Positions 1-23,300 of a stretch of DNA of 64,000 nucleotides are shown piece by piece. The DNA comes from Ascidiella aspersa (Eukaryota), in NCBI GenBank assembly GCA_963924565.1, contig OZ004609.1, forward strand, positions 26,226,001 to 26,290,000. Direction: 5' to 3'. Positions within the stretch are counted from its first letter, which is position 1. Every line of letters begins with the position of its first letter. Made by a program: the position numbers and the translations under genes. A model generated the notes under the pieces. The model had not been told where the DNA came from, made no database searches, and saw nothing but the letters and a program-made list of their open reading frames with translations.

Positions 1-1116
1 GGTATTATATTCCTAATAGCAATTGATTGTAATTGTTTTTTTCTAAAAAGTACATTGCAGTCTATAGAAGTGTGGTAGTTTGCCTTTAGCAACCAAGTAA
101 ACTTTCGGCTTGACGTTAGGACTGACGTTTTAGGCTTAGACACACATGGGTCAGTACAGAAAAATAATATTGAGAGAGTGAGTTAGCATAAGCCCGTTTT
201 TGGTGATAAACATGAAAATGAATTTCCTAATATCAAACGAAGTCGAAAGAGAAATGGCTACGATCATTGCTGTTATTGTGATTGTGAAATCAACTTAGAG
301 GCTAAAAACAACAATAAGTACCCAATGTTACGACAAAACACAACAATCTTGCTATTTAAAGCATTACAGTAAATCTTTTAATGAAAAACTTTATTACAAG
401 CAAAACGCCCCTCCCTGGTCTTTCAGTAGCGTGTTTATTTTTTGGAGTAGCCTGCTTATTTTTTAGTCTGGGCAGATGGTACCCTGATTATAGGGTTTAG
501 TGGTCAAATGACGAACTAGGGTTCATGATGGTTGAGCTTAAAATAAAAAATAAGAATTTGCAAGACTACCTTGAAAAAATGTGAAAATATATATTAGCTT
601 CAGAAAGTTTTTGCCACCATGTTATTGCTTTTGATGGAAAATTTTGTTTGTGGAATTTTATTTTTCTTTTTACCCCGTAGTTTTTTTTTTACTTTGACAA
701 ACCTGTTTCGAGGCACGATAATATTTCAACGAACGTTGGACTATAGTGACAGCACAGTAAGGGACAAAATTTAATTACTTGTATACCCCTTTGAAACAAA
801 AAGGTTGTGGAAAACTAAAGGATGTGTTTGACTATGTTTTTCAACAAAAATTATTCAACTAATTACTTTTGGGTTATTGCACGCAAAACCCATACAAAGT
901 TGATCAAAATGAAAATTGCACTGACGTGAAAAAATGTTTCTCGTTTATCCACTAATATGTTGTTATTTGTGCCAAAGATTGGTGGCAGATATGCCAAGGT
1001 CTTAAGCGACATTTTACATATCAAAGCAGTAACGCTAAAGTTGTACTTCAATTACCTCAACCAGAATGCAACGCAGATTTTACTTAATAAAGAAACTTTA
1101 CAAACTTTTATCGTAC

Positions 1117-4100
1117 CTTGTTTCCCCCGTCAAAGATATCACCGCCCCCGTCAAGTATCTCTTTCTTGCTGTTGTCGTCATATTGGTACGAGTTCCAATT
1201 CGGGATAAGCTTAACAATGCTACTCGACTGTTTTCTAACTTCGTGCATTAATTTGTTTATGTCGAAGCTCGTCGTCGCAAAGTCTGTATAAAAAGTCAAA
1301 TATCTATGTTCATATTAGTCCTGTTTTACAAACCTTACATTTTTATCACGGTTTTGATATGTCATTTTAGCTATACAGTAAGCGGAAAATACAAAAAAAT
1401 GTTTTCTTCAAAATGCTTTTTAATTTCTTTAAATTATAGTGTCAGATTAACCTTGGAGAAAAATTAAAGGTTTTCGTTGATGTCATTTTTTGTTCATTTC
1501 TTCATGGTTTGAATACATAAATTTAGCTAACTTGCCCCACGGCGATTTACGTTTTTCTAGTGCTATAGACTAGAGACAATGCAAATTGCACAACAGTGAA
1601 TAGCCATAAAATGCATTTTACGGCCTTTCTAGCAGCGTAATCCCACGAAATCTAAACGCAACGGCCGCGAGCGAGTTTTACCGTCAGCTTTAGCCCGCAG
1701 AGGATAATGTTCTTTGTATAAATTCCTTATATTGCCTCCGTGGTCGTCCAGAAATCCGCTAGTTGTTTTGTAGGCGAGCGTCGACAATTGCTTGTAGTCT
1801 TGTGCTGGTGAATTGTTAGGAACGTGCCAAATCATCAAGTCAGTTCCCTGGTATTGCGTTGTATTTCGTAAAACGTATACAGACAGTTTATCCTGCATGG
1901 TTCGTCCTAATTACGAAACTAACTCGTTAAGAGAAGTTTTGGTCCTTTTTAACTAAATTAAGGTAACAGACAAACGAATATTTAATAAAAGTATACAGTG
2001 TTTTTGTGTTAGCTGGCGAACAGCCGACAATCAATTAGAAACTTACTGGTTATTCAAAAATAAATGCATTTTTGCTGGTATACCATTTCATGCGAAGTAG
2101 TCAAATTTCACTGGATAGGCCTAACCAAATTACAGTTGACGTAATAAAAATGCGAACTCTTTCACCATACACAATTATTATCTGCGTCTTTTGTGTTTTA
2201 TACCTTGGTAAGAAAATACGCCCGACTCTTGTAGTCGTCACTTGTGGCAGACTCGACATTCCCGAATACGTTCGTGTTTTCCCAGTTTTTAGCACCTACA
2301 TTAAAGCAAAACGCAACATTTTTCAACGATATAATTTATCGGTCCACATAATACCATATGATGTTAATAATTATAAGTGAACTACAATAAAGCTTATGTT
2401 CTGCTTACTAACTCACTGTATGCTTGACCACTAGCCGATTGCTCGCTTGACCACTTGTCACCCAAGGAGCATCCAGGTTGAAAGTCGTTTTCGTGGACGC
2501 TGGCAACTAATGTCCATGGTCCCCCAGGTGTTGTCATGTCACAGTACACCTTATTAATAGTGTGTTTAGATGTGTGATTGAATTTTTGATCAATTAAGTG
2601 GGTTACCTCAAAACTTGAACCGAAGCTGCTAGGTTTGATTGTATAAATGCCATCGCTTTGAATACCATTCTTCTTTATCGCAGCACAAGAAGCAGGCAAA
2701 TCGAGAACAACTGGCAAATGATCCATATATAGTTTAAACCAGGGGTGTCCAACTCAACATGCCGACGTGCCAATTTAAGTTTGGCAACTATTTTTTTCTA
2801 ATATTAAAAGCGCTTTTATACAATAAAATAAAAACAGTATAGTGTTATAATATCAGAAGTACTTGTTGGGGTGGCTTACGGGCAATTTTAATTAGGTCGC
2901 GTGCCTCATGTTGGACACCCATGGTTTAAACCTTTGCAACACTCAAATATATAAATTATAATTGTTTTACGAAAAAGTTTAATTTATATCTCTTTGCGAG
3001 TTTATGATAAAACCCTTTACGGCAAAACTTTACAAATAGTTTGCCATCGCCGCACTACAACAAGCGATGTGGCGGGGCTCTACTTTCCTTGCCTGCTTTG
3101 CCGGGTGGTCCTGATTCTCCCTGTTAACAATAATGCCAATGTTTAGTCTAAAATTTAGACTCTTTAAAGGGGTAACGATTTAGACTCTTTAAAGGGGTTT
3201 TAAAGGGGTAACTTTAAAGGGGTAAATCTAGACTCTTAAAGGTAAAAATTAAAGGGGTAAAGGCCTTAGGTGCGTTATATCGTGACATCGTAAAACAATT
3301 TAACTTTTAAACACCCGTTCTTCGAAAGTGAACTCGTGCGCAAATATGCAAGTAAATCTCGGCCTTATCGCGCAAAGCGCGAAAAGTTAAGTTTACATAC
3401 CGTATTATGCCATGGTACGACACATTTGGCTGATATATTCTCTTTGAACAGTCCACAAACACACATTTAGAAAAACACACATCTTGCTCAACAATGATAG
3501 GTGTACAAGTGTTCGTTGAATGTTGAAATGTGATATTATACTCGATTGTAGTCTCAGAAAAAGTATGAGGTTAGGCTTACACCAAATACTGGGGACACAA
3601 CGTTTTGATGATGGCCAAATAATTGTTTTAAATGAAGGCTACTGAAAGTGAGAATAAGTGGTGGGCCGCACGTAAACATCAGGAGGGCCGCAATGCAGAC
3701 TGCGGGCCGCGGGTTGGACAACCCTGCTCTAAATCATTGGCTGTCAACCTTTGTAGTGTTATAAACCCTTTTAAAGGTTTCGCTCAAGGCTGTTGTCCCC
3801 AAATAAAACCTGTTGACTGGAGTGGCAGATTTATAGTTTTGTATGAGGGGTGGTTGTTTGAAATGACGTTACAAAGCTACGTCATGTTATGCTGCAAGAA
3901 CCCCTATAAAAGCTCCTGTTGTAGGTCAAACTAATGCTAATTATTTAACTGAACGGCATAGCCTAATGCTAATTATTTAACTGAACGGCATGAAGTTCGC
4001 ACCAAGCGCGAAACAACTGCGGTGTGTTGGATTATTCTACAAAACTTACAATTTTGAACAATGCGTTGTATACGCATTATTCACACAACAAATATTCGCA

Positions 4101-5128
4101 CATTTCGAATATTGGGTGTCCAAGAAATCTTTCAAAGGAGTAAATTGAATTAAATACACAGAATAGAGGTGAAAGTAGCGAATACGATCTCTGTCAATCA
4201 GGGCCTAGATCAAAAATTATAATAAATCACAAAGTTGACAAATGCGAACTTACTTGAGAACCGCGCTTTCCTGGGGCACCAGTCTCGCCTTTTGGCCCGG
4301 TAAAGGGAACCGCGTCTTCTTCCTAAAATGAAAATGACCAACGTTGCCATGTTAAAACCTAAAAAAATCATAATTTTAATGCTTTATTTAATTGTTAGGC
4401 TAAATTCAAAATATTTGACAGCATTTTCGGCACCATTTTGCTTTTATTAGTCCAGTCAAAAAGAAAGCACAATTAGCTTGCTGAAATATCAGATTTAAGA
4501 GTTTTCTTAAGCGCCATACAGACATTCATAAAAATGGTAAAATTAATTCAGATTCACTTGTTTTTGTTTTTGTTTTAATGTATTTACATCTATTATCGTG
4601 TTTCACGTTGGATGCTAACCTAAGAATTAATTTTTTCCCACTCCTGGAGAATGCGCTATGACCAATAGAATTTTTAGGTGGAAATTTAAAATATATAGTT
4701 TCGTTAGAGAATCGTCCAGAGGTCGCCGGGCTAAATGTGGCACATTTCTATGCTCCCAACATTTAAGGCTATTCGATAAATAGGTACGGCAACCCTGCTT
4801 AAGTTGGAGCCATAGCTTCAATATGTTAAATAGTAAGAAATAGGCTGACAATAAACTGCTAATAAATCATTCTGTTTAACTATCACCAAACTGTAAACAA
4901 GGCCACTCTGTTTCAGTTTGTTTGCCTAACTTTTTACTTTACTCCGTTCTTTTATTATGTTTTTGGATTGAAAATAACGCAAACAAACAACTGAAAAAAC
5001 AATTTTTTTAAATTACTTACGTCCCTACAAGAACAAGAGCATTTGCCAAAGTCCAATAGATGGCCTTGAGAATGATGAAGGATAAACAGCACAACACAAA
5101 AGCGCAGCAATATACTTTGAACTTTCAT
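1117..5128 (-). CDS. Collagen-intelectin-like secreted lectin, copy A (3' part lies outside the window). Exons 5021-5128, 4254-4322, 3093-3120, 2607-2710, 2417-2549, 2204-2295, 1682-1847, 1117-1283
   Basis: Spliced translation gives signal peptide MKVQSILLRFCVVLFILHHSQG, then CSCSC, 8 Gly-X-Y triplets (GPKGETGAPGKRGSQGESGPPGKA), then intelectin/fibrinogen motifs [63 protein letters not shown]. Exon sizes and phases are identical to copy B. Confidence 0.9.
2740..2923. mobile_element. hAT-type MITE
   Basis: TIRs CAGGGGTGTCCAAC / GTTGGACACCCATG, with perfect 8-bp TSD GTTTAAAC (2732-2739, 2924-2931). Confidence 0.85.
3154..3261. repeat. Degenerate minisatellite (TTTAGACTCTTTAAAGGGGTAA-like units)
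   Basis: Several imperfect copies of tagactct and ttaaagggg(t) in the intron. Confidence 0.6.
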
Positions 5129-5289
5129 CTAAATCATTATTTTATTAATACTTGTCCAACAACATATTTAACATAACCAGTCATCAACTAATTATAGGTC
5201 TGCTCTAAAATAATTAGCTGTCTCCTTTTTCCACTTCCAGTGCAGTTTAGTTTGATTACCTAAAACTCTGCATCAGTTTAATAGCACAA

Positions 5290-5385
5290 TACCGAACAGA
5301 AATGACCTGGAGGCTTGTCATTTCTTTTCGGGCATTTCCAGAGCTCTCGGCGCAGTTTAAGTCACGTAGTCGCATATTTCTTGCG
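5290..5385 (-). promoter_or_regulatory. Probable short non-coding first exon/core promoter of lectin copy A (paralogous block at ~15868-15935 for copy B)
   Basis: Non-coding blocks conserved between the paralogues: gaaat(g/a)acct(g/c)gaggctt, which contains a minus-strand AG|GT donor, and gtcgcatat. Both ATGs are directly preceded by an acceptor AG (tttag|ATG, ttaag|ATG). Confidence 0.45.
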
Positions 5386-6502
5386 GAATTGGTCGCTGGC
5401 AAAGTGAACAACACAAGTTATTGTTGTTGATAGGTACTTTAATACTTTTACGAATAATTTTCACGGGTTTATATTCAAACTTAAATACTTGGTTCACAGT
5501 AACTGTAATCGCAACTTCGTAAAATTTAGTAAATTTAGTAGTAGGATGAGTTATTTTACGGGGCTGTGTTATAGTTACATCGGTGCTAAAAAAAACATTA
5601 AAGGACGGTTTACACATATTTTATTGTTAACAAGAAAGACGTTATGCTACAACATCGACTAAAAATAATAGCCTACATAAAATAATATATAAAATGGTAC
5701 GTGACATGTTAGACATATAACAGAGATAGCATTTATAGTTACATTTAACAAATATTGCTCTTCATAGCGTTTATCAGTTTACACGGCGTATATAACCCAC
5801 AAATGCACACATGCCACATAAAATAACATGTCGCCCTCAAAGATCATTGCATAAGTAAGCATAATTAAATCGTATTTTGTTGAAAACCGCTTGAAATTAA
5901 TAAACACACATGGAGAGGCGAATGTATGATTTTTGTTTGGGGGGCATAAACTGTTTTAGAGATTACGTCACAATGTTACGTCTTGACGTGACATCATAAA
6001 ACAACTAATCTTAAAAACCTTGTTGTTCTCGAGCGAACTTGTGCAGATGAATCTGTATTTTTCTTATTTGGTTTAAATTGGCAAACTTTAAATCTTAAAG
6101 GATATGTGACATATTGGCAAATAAAGCTGATTTGCATATTGCTCGTAAACTAGCATTTATAGTTTAATTTAGCAAATACTGCAGTTTATAAGTTAACACG
6201 GCGAAACAAGCTATAGTATTTATGGCGTCTTAGGGCAGAATAGAATTGCTAAAAATAGACAAAATCGTAATAAAAAAGGATAGCTTTGTGTTTACATAGT
6301 AAAAGCTGGCGAAAAATACAGTTTGGGGGGCTTGGCCTGATGCGAATCGCTTGACACACAAATTAGCACATTATGCCACAAACAATAAGAAAATAATGCA
6401 GTAAACTGAAGTCCACATCATCATTTGGCAAAGCTGTGTGCATCGATAAATGACACCAAAAATAATAACGTTGTTCACATAAAAGCTTGTTAAAGCACGT
6501 GT

Positions 6503-15754
<9,252 letters not shown>

Positions 15755-18753
15755 CTTAAAAATATTTTTACAAAAACCAATAACTGTCCTAAATAACCAC
15801 CTATAAACTAGTGTATCATACAGTTGTGCCTGATTTTATTGAATTCTGTCCCTATTTAATGCTCACTGCCGAAATCGAAATAACCTCGAGGCTTATAAAT
15901 CACCTAGTATTTCATGTAACCGCGTCGCATATAAACCTATCGTTTTTGAGGCACTGGTTGGCGTGGTAAAAGTAAACATTACCCTTTATAAAATTTCAAA
16001 AGTATTTTCGTTTTTTGCTTGGTTTTAATGACAATATCATGTATAAGATGAAAAGAGTTCGACAACCTAAAATATCGTCACGAAATTAGGTAATAATTTG
16101 ACAACATGAAACAAGTAACTTACAGCATACCTGCTGTTTCTAGTCGAACTTGTTTTATTGTTAAACTAAAATTGTGTTTAATGCATTCTGAATAACAACA
16201 CTTTATAAAACTAGAAAGTCAAGCGATAATTTTTTGCACAAAAAATTGCATAAAATTTCCCATGACGTCTTAAATCAGTTATATGTATTCAAAATGGATG
16301 AAACGTTTATGTACGTAAGTTTAAACATACCACAAAAAAGTTGACAGTCGTTTATTAACTAAATGTAGAATGTGACATATCAAACAAACCTAATTTGGCG
16401 AAAGGGTAACTACAAAATACTAACTACAAATAACATCATAACATTACCTACCCGAATCCTTGTGTTACATTTACGTTTTGCTTAAAGTAAAAAAAATGGC
16501 ATAGGTTAAATCATACATGTTCGCCAGCTATCGGGTCGTACAAACAAACTATAGCAACTGTGGAACGTGAATGATTTAATCGGTTTAACAGCTAGTCAAC
16601 TTCGAAACCGAAAAACAATGTTTTCCTAAGGTGGCAAGAATTGCTGTATTGCGTATGCCAGCAACAAAAAACACGACAGCGAAACTCATGATTTATTTGG
16701 AATAATCACCGAAACCGTAAAATTACCACCAGTTAAGAAACCGAAAAAAACATAAATTAGATCACCTTTCCTCATTTTCGACATTAGCATTGCCGGGGAT
16801 TATGCTTCATATTAATGTTGAATAGGCAGAATGCGAAATTTGTATGACTTTTATTTCCGCCCTGGGGCTGTTAGACACGGTGTGCGTTGTAACAAAGTTG
16901 TGATTTGAAACTGTGGCTAACCGGCGGCTATTTTCATCGTAAATACGTAAGGTAAGTATAATAATTATATCTGTACAAAGACACTGACGTAACTTCGAAT
17001 GTTTTTTATGTTTTACATAATAAACGATTGTTGTGTAATGCTGCTGTTTTGTAACTGATTTAAATGTACGAAAACCAAAGTGTTTCTTGACTTGGGCAGA
17101 TCATAGTTGGTGTGTATTTCTGTTACTTGTTAATGTTGTTTTCTTTAACGCCCATTCGTTTTCTGAATAAAAATCCGCGCTCGGGGAAATAACGTGTGTC
17201 TTTCACTATGTTTATATATTGAGCTAATAACGCGCCTGACGCCTATAAGCGGTCCCAAGCTACGCCATTAAGTATCGGGCGACGTAACAGGAACAATTAC
17301 CTACGATCGGCAGGTATATTTTTTCAGTATAGCAATTGCATAAATCATAAACGAACGCTTTTATACTTTTTATAATAAGTCATCTGAAAAACGGAGTTTA
17401 GTACATAGCAAGAGTAACCGTCCTTATGCACATTCTTATATGTGCATGATAATTTAATTGTCAAGGTTCTCAATCAGGCGCTGTAAGCGCGTTCATGACA
17501 AATACCTCTGATGCATCACTGTTTTTAAGCACTTTTTTGAAAAAGCGCGACCATGGTCGAACTAGTTTATTTCGAAGTCACGGCAAGAGCAATGAATTTC
17601 AATAATTGAGCGTTAGTTTTTTAAGACAAGACATTTAATACGTGAGTCGTAAACCCTTCATCGTGAAATTACGACAAGTTGTTTTGGTTTATTTTGCAAA
17701 CGCTAACAAAAACTAAAAAGGTACATTACAAATCGCGTCAAAGCGTCAAAGGCCGTCTTATTTGGTTAAATTATACGAGCTGAACCGCAACTTTTAAAAT
17801 GCTAAAAGCCGAAACCGGAACTGAACGGGATTCCGAAAAAATACTTGAACCCGAACCGAATTTGAACCGCAAAAGTCAAACGATTCGACTCCCTGTGTAA
17901 AACACTTGATCAGCAAAAAAGGGGACATTTGCGATCGAAAAACTGTGTCACTGCACGATAAGTAATTTGTAAAGTATCTAGTAGAAGAAGACAAGTGTAT
18001 AGTTGAAAGGTTCGGTCCGCTGCTACAGCATTCCAAGTTTAAAACGGGCGGTAAAATAATACTTCGGTCAATTTTTAGGAAATACAAGGGCGCGCTTATT
18101 TTGGTTTGTAAATTTTATCTTTATATATTCAGTTTGGCTTCAGGGCCACAAAATGAGAAACCGCATGGTATGAAACGTAAAAATATGGATTTTTTATGCA
18201 GTTATACTTGCCTACTAGTGAAACCAATGTAAAATTTATGTTTTATAAAAACGTAAAAAAATCACCTAGAAATCTTTAGCGTTCCCTGATTGAACCTGTC
18301 CACAGTAAAGGTGAAAATAGCATTGCGAAACATCATGGCTTTTATTCCGCTCTGCGGGGCTGTAATGGCGAAGGTTAAACATATTGCAATATACTTGATT
18401 AGCAAGAAAGGGAACATTTGCGAACAAACATTGTGCACTAAAAATGGATGTCCGATATTTCGCATTTTATTGCAAATCTAATTCCCAATAATTTGGGCAT
18501 TTTATTTCTGACATCATATCTACGGTCATAAAAGCAAAACAGATTTCCTGAAAAACATTTTGAGATAGAAACACTGTGTCAGATTGCAAACCAAGACAAC
18601 ATGCACAAATCAATTGTAATGGGACCACCACCTACACCACCATAGAATCGTTCGAGAAGCCAAACTACCACCATAAGGGCATCGGCTCCAATACGAAATT
18701 ATAGGACATTTTTAGTACTAAACAAGAAACCAATTGGAAAGTATGTTTTAAGA

Positions 18754-19435
18754 CAGGGGTCGGCAAACTTTTTCTAGTCGCGGGCCGAAACCAAACTTGA
18801 AAAGGTCTCTGCGGGCCGCACAAAATTATAACTAAGAATTGTGTTATTAAAATGTTATAACAACTGTGAATCAGGCAGGCCTTGGGAATTTTTTGCACTT
18901 AAAATCGTTTTTAATTCCATTTACAGAGGTAGTAAAGTGTTGACGCAAAGCGAATTAAAAGTGTAATAAAACTACTTTGAGGGATCTAACATTTAAAGTT
19001 AATCTAGCTCAGAGTTTGTTAACTGTTTTAAGTTAAGGCACACCTGGCGAGCGAAGCGAGCGCGATTTTTTTGGTATAGCCGTATTTCTTTTAAATTTTG
19101 GGCAATTTTTCATTACATTGCCGAAAATAGAAAAATGTTAAAAAATATATATCCAATATTTTTTTGATACTTTTTCCCATTTTACGCTACGCACTTGGCG
19201 GCTTCCATAGCGCAACGGTAAAGAATCGCTGATCTAATTGACAAGGCAGCATCAAAACGTAAACAAACCGGACGTAGAAAAACATTTGCGCTAAGCGCGA
19301 AAATTTTTCGCAATTACGTTGTTATAATAGTCATAAAGTATGTAAAATAAACTCGTGTCTAATTTGTCAAAGAGGCGGCGGGCCGGATGAATTACATCGG
19401 CGGGCCGGATCCGGGCCGTAGGTTGCCGACCCCTG
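18754..19435. mobile_element. hAT (Charlie/Buster-like) non-autonomous element
   Basis: TIRs CAGGGGTCGGCAA / TTGCCGACCCCTG, subterminal GGGCCG repeats, TSD TTTTAAGA / TTTTAGGA (7/8). Confidence 0.85.
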
Positions 19436-20396
19436 TTTTAGGAGAATATGCAGTGTACTGTGAAAGTTATACCCGATTCACCGCTATTCAAACTTACAAA
19501 AACAGAAAAACAAAACAGTGTCGTCAAACACATTTTGCGTAATGACATGAACATAAGCTGATCAACAGTGTCGGTTAATCCGTAATGCTGAGCAGTGCGT
19601 CGGGCAACAGGAATGGTAGGCCTATTAATAACTAAAAACCACACACCCGGGTAGCAGTGGAAACATTATTCTTGTTGCTGGACACATTTAACTTAGGCAA
19701 ACAAATATCAACAGTATTGACAACGATAACAAAAGGAACAAAAAGAACAATGGCATGTATCCGTCGGTCAGGTATATGCAGAATGGCAAATTTGTACAGC
19801 TTTCATACTTTTTATACTGACGCCGTATAGTACTGTGGTCTAATTTTAAGTAAAGCATTCGAAATAAAAGGGCGAGTGTATAAATTAAAGTGACGAGTGA
19901 ATTTACAGAAGAAAATGTCGCGAACAATTAAAGATCGAGTCGTGAACTTGTACAATAATCATAAATACGATGGGATTTTACCAAATAAACGCGTTTAGCT
20001 GCAAAGGAAAACATTTAAACCCAAGTCGCAAACTTTATATTAGGTAGTTAAAAAGTAAATCGCCAGAAAGCTGAATTTCGCGGGGATCGCAGAAACAATA
20101 AGTTGCAAAACACTGATAAAGACAAAATCTGGTAACCGATTTGGTGACGCAAACAGACTTCTTTGGTTAATTAGTATGACACAGCGCACGCATAATTTGG
20201 TTGTAAAACGATGTCTTTATACATTCAGCTTAGACGCAATAATTGTACGACCACAGAATGGAGAGAAAACGCAAATGTGACCCCAAGTAATCAGTGTGAC
20301 ATTAAGCGTTTACATGATGTCAGTGTTGTCATCAAAAAACGCTACTGTACTCCAAGTAATCAGTGTGACATTAAAGAAACCGACGCAACTGTACTC

Positions 20397-23300
20397 CTAG
20401 TAGTCGGTGTGACTTCTTCCCCTCGAGTTGAACTGCTTTCGCTTTTGCGACGGGTTGGGCGTGGTGGGGGCGGAACGGTTAAGGTCAGGCGACGATTGAG
20501 AAACGGAAATGCTGGACACTGAGGAACGGTTGCTGCCGCCTAATGTGCTACCGGCGTAACCCGATTCACCGTCGCTGTGAAAATTATTGGAAAGGGTTAT
20601 AACTAGGGCGAATATTTTTGACCTAAAAAATAGGAAATTTTGACCTGAAAAATTAAAATTTTAACAAATTTTAACCTAAATATAATTTATTTTGACAAAG
20701 AATACATTGATTTAAATGAGCTAGGCGACATTAATCACGCGTTTTTTATACCGTATATTGCTCTTAATAAAGATATAATACGGTTAAAATGACTTTGAAC
20801 ACAAATCAAAACTATTTTTTTTTAAATTGAACGATAAATTTCAAAACAACTTAACGACGAATTTCAAAAAGCTGACTAAATATTTTTTTTAATTTTGTAA
20901 ACGATGTATGTTCATTTTTATTTGATTTTGAATTTTGACCCGTGTAAATTTTGACAAAATTTTGACTTTTTTTAACAAGCCAAAAATATTCGCCCTAGTT
21001 ACAACTTATAACAGTTGTTCTTGGACTTTTTGTTTCGTTACCACTAAGATATTAATGGATATGTAAATATCAACTGAAAGTTTAAGTGTTGACCAGCCTA
21101 GTATAAGTGTTGTGAAGGTTAACAGCTGTTGAAAACAGTTGTTGAAAAGGCTTAGAGAAGTGGTTATTAGACAAAAAATCGGTTACCCCTAAGATAATAC
21201 CAACTGCAAGTAAAAGTTTGAACAGAAATTGATGTTAAGAAACACAAGATTTGCGTAGTAGGCTAATCAGAATTGTAATTTTCAATAAAAAATCACTAAT
21301 TAAAATACTGATAAATAGTTGCTTACAAGTGGCCACGATAGCATCCTTTATGAACTCTAACATAACCACGATAAAAAAAGCTATCCCTTTGTGGTAAATC
21401 ACATTTTAAGAAGCTGCAGGTTAGATGAAACCCTTATGCTATTGCTTGGTTTGAAATTACACTGGGTGTTGTTGAAAGACGAAAAAACACTAGGTAAGCA
21501 GCTTAGAATTTTAACGCAATCAAGTAAGGGTAGTGTGACAAACGATCAACTGTACTTGTGACTTAACGTTTTTGTTAAGCGAATAGGCGTGTTTAGAAGA
21601 AACCTCTGTTTAAAATGCGTCCTGCTGCTGAAGTCCGCAACAGACCACTTAATCCTAACGCAGTCGTTAAATTGTCAATATCAATGTAGTGCAGTTAGTT
21701 AGTAGGCTACGGTGGTCATTTTCCCTGTGTTGACTTATATTCTGAAAAAAGCATTCCTGCGGTGAGATTTAAACTTTTGCCATAGACGACACATTAAGCC
21801 ACGCAGGCGCAGGGTTGACGAAAACTGGTAATTTATACTAATGTTCCCTGTTGAATACTGGCCGTACTCCATAGGAGTAAAACAACCAGACCAGATTAAG
21901 CAACCGAATATTTATACATAACTATGCTAAGTGTCATAACTTACTCGAAGGAAACAATGCTGATGCTTGGTCTTTCTCCTTTGTGCTTCTTGCTCTTTTT
22001 CTTTGTCATTTTCTTATCCTTTGAGTTTGACTGCAGAAATGTACAATAAATTAAAAAAAGTTTATTTTCGGTAGGTTCCTTGAGATATTAGAATATTAAC
22101 GTTGACGTGATAATGAGAAAATTGGATAGTTTAATTTTAAGAGTCAGTGAGAATCAAAATGTTCAAAATGTTACCATACTTCTGCATGGGTTTTGATATG
22201 TTTGTACGAAAAATGTAGTATTTTAATAGATTGCTTTCTCCAGCTTACCAATTCTCATATCGTTACAGTTAGGTTTTACATTTTTCTACTAGATAGGCCG
22301 ATATGTTAATTTTGATCGTACCTTGTGACATAACATTTAATAAAAACGTCGGGACAACAATTATAATCTATAATTGCCAGTGAATAAACATAAAAATTCA
22401 AAATAAACGTTTTTAATCATCAACCAGTAATCATGTAAAAATCACGGATTTTTCGCAAGAGGGTAAGACATTTTCCAGTCAAATCACGGAGAAATTTAAA
22501 ATAAAAAAAGATATAGAACATAAACATAAGTGTTACCGATAAACATGCCGATGGGATGGGATTTAATATATAAGCTGAACTATCGCTATGTAAATCAAGC
22601 CCTTGTGTACTTGCTTTATCGCAAGTGATTTTTTTCTGTGTCATTTTACCAAGGCGCACAGCTAACGTTCGGCCTTCAGGTGGCTGGTTATGGGGTTGAC
22701 ACCAGAGACCTAATACTAATTGTACCATTCTTAATTAAAAATGGAAAAAAAAGCTTTCATCGAAAGTCGTTTATACTGCTCATTTTTTTGACAAATATAA
22801 AAGAAAAAAATCTTTTTTTAAACTTCTTTGCGAAAATTAGCTTTCTTCTCCCAGTGTGAAAGTTAAGCAGTGGTGACACCAACAGACAAAAATTATCTTC
22901 TAACCGCTTTTAGAAAGTTTTTTTTAGAAGTTTGTGAGTTATGTTTTATTTTAAACTAATCATTCCTCGCACTAGTAAAGCGCCGTCTGTAGAGTATAAA
23001 CCAAGGAAGTAAAAGGGAAGAAAGGAAAGTGGTAGTGAAGGAAGGGGTTTCGTTTTCATGCGTGCAAATCGTTAGCAGACCACGATTGTTCGATTACGTT
23101 TTTCCCAGCATTGCAAGTGATCAGTTTCACAACGTAAGGAAAACAGGTGAAGGAAAGTAATCCGAACACTGCAACCGCTTTCGATTTAACCGACCCCTCT
23201 CCTGTCTGGACTAGGACTACCGTCCTGCGGTACCTTCGACAAATCTTCAGTGGATTTTGACACTAGAGGGCCAATAGAGCCGAAACCGCCGCTAATGGCG

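Noticed and set aside
3640-3726. hAT MITE (GGGCCG repeats ending GTTGGACAACCCTG); similar lone ends near 8226, 33105 and 36852
   Set aside because: Only one terminus is identifiable in each case and there is no TSD pair, so boundaries cannot be supported.
16740-16960. Possible plus-strand exon ending aag|gtaagt
   Set aside because: No sustained reading frame or partner exons found.
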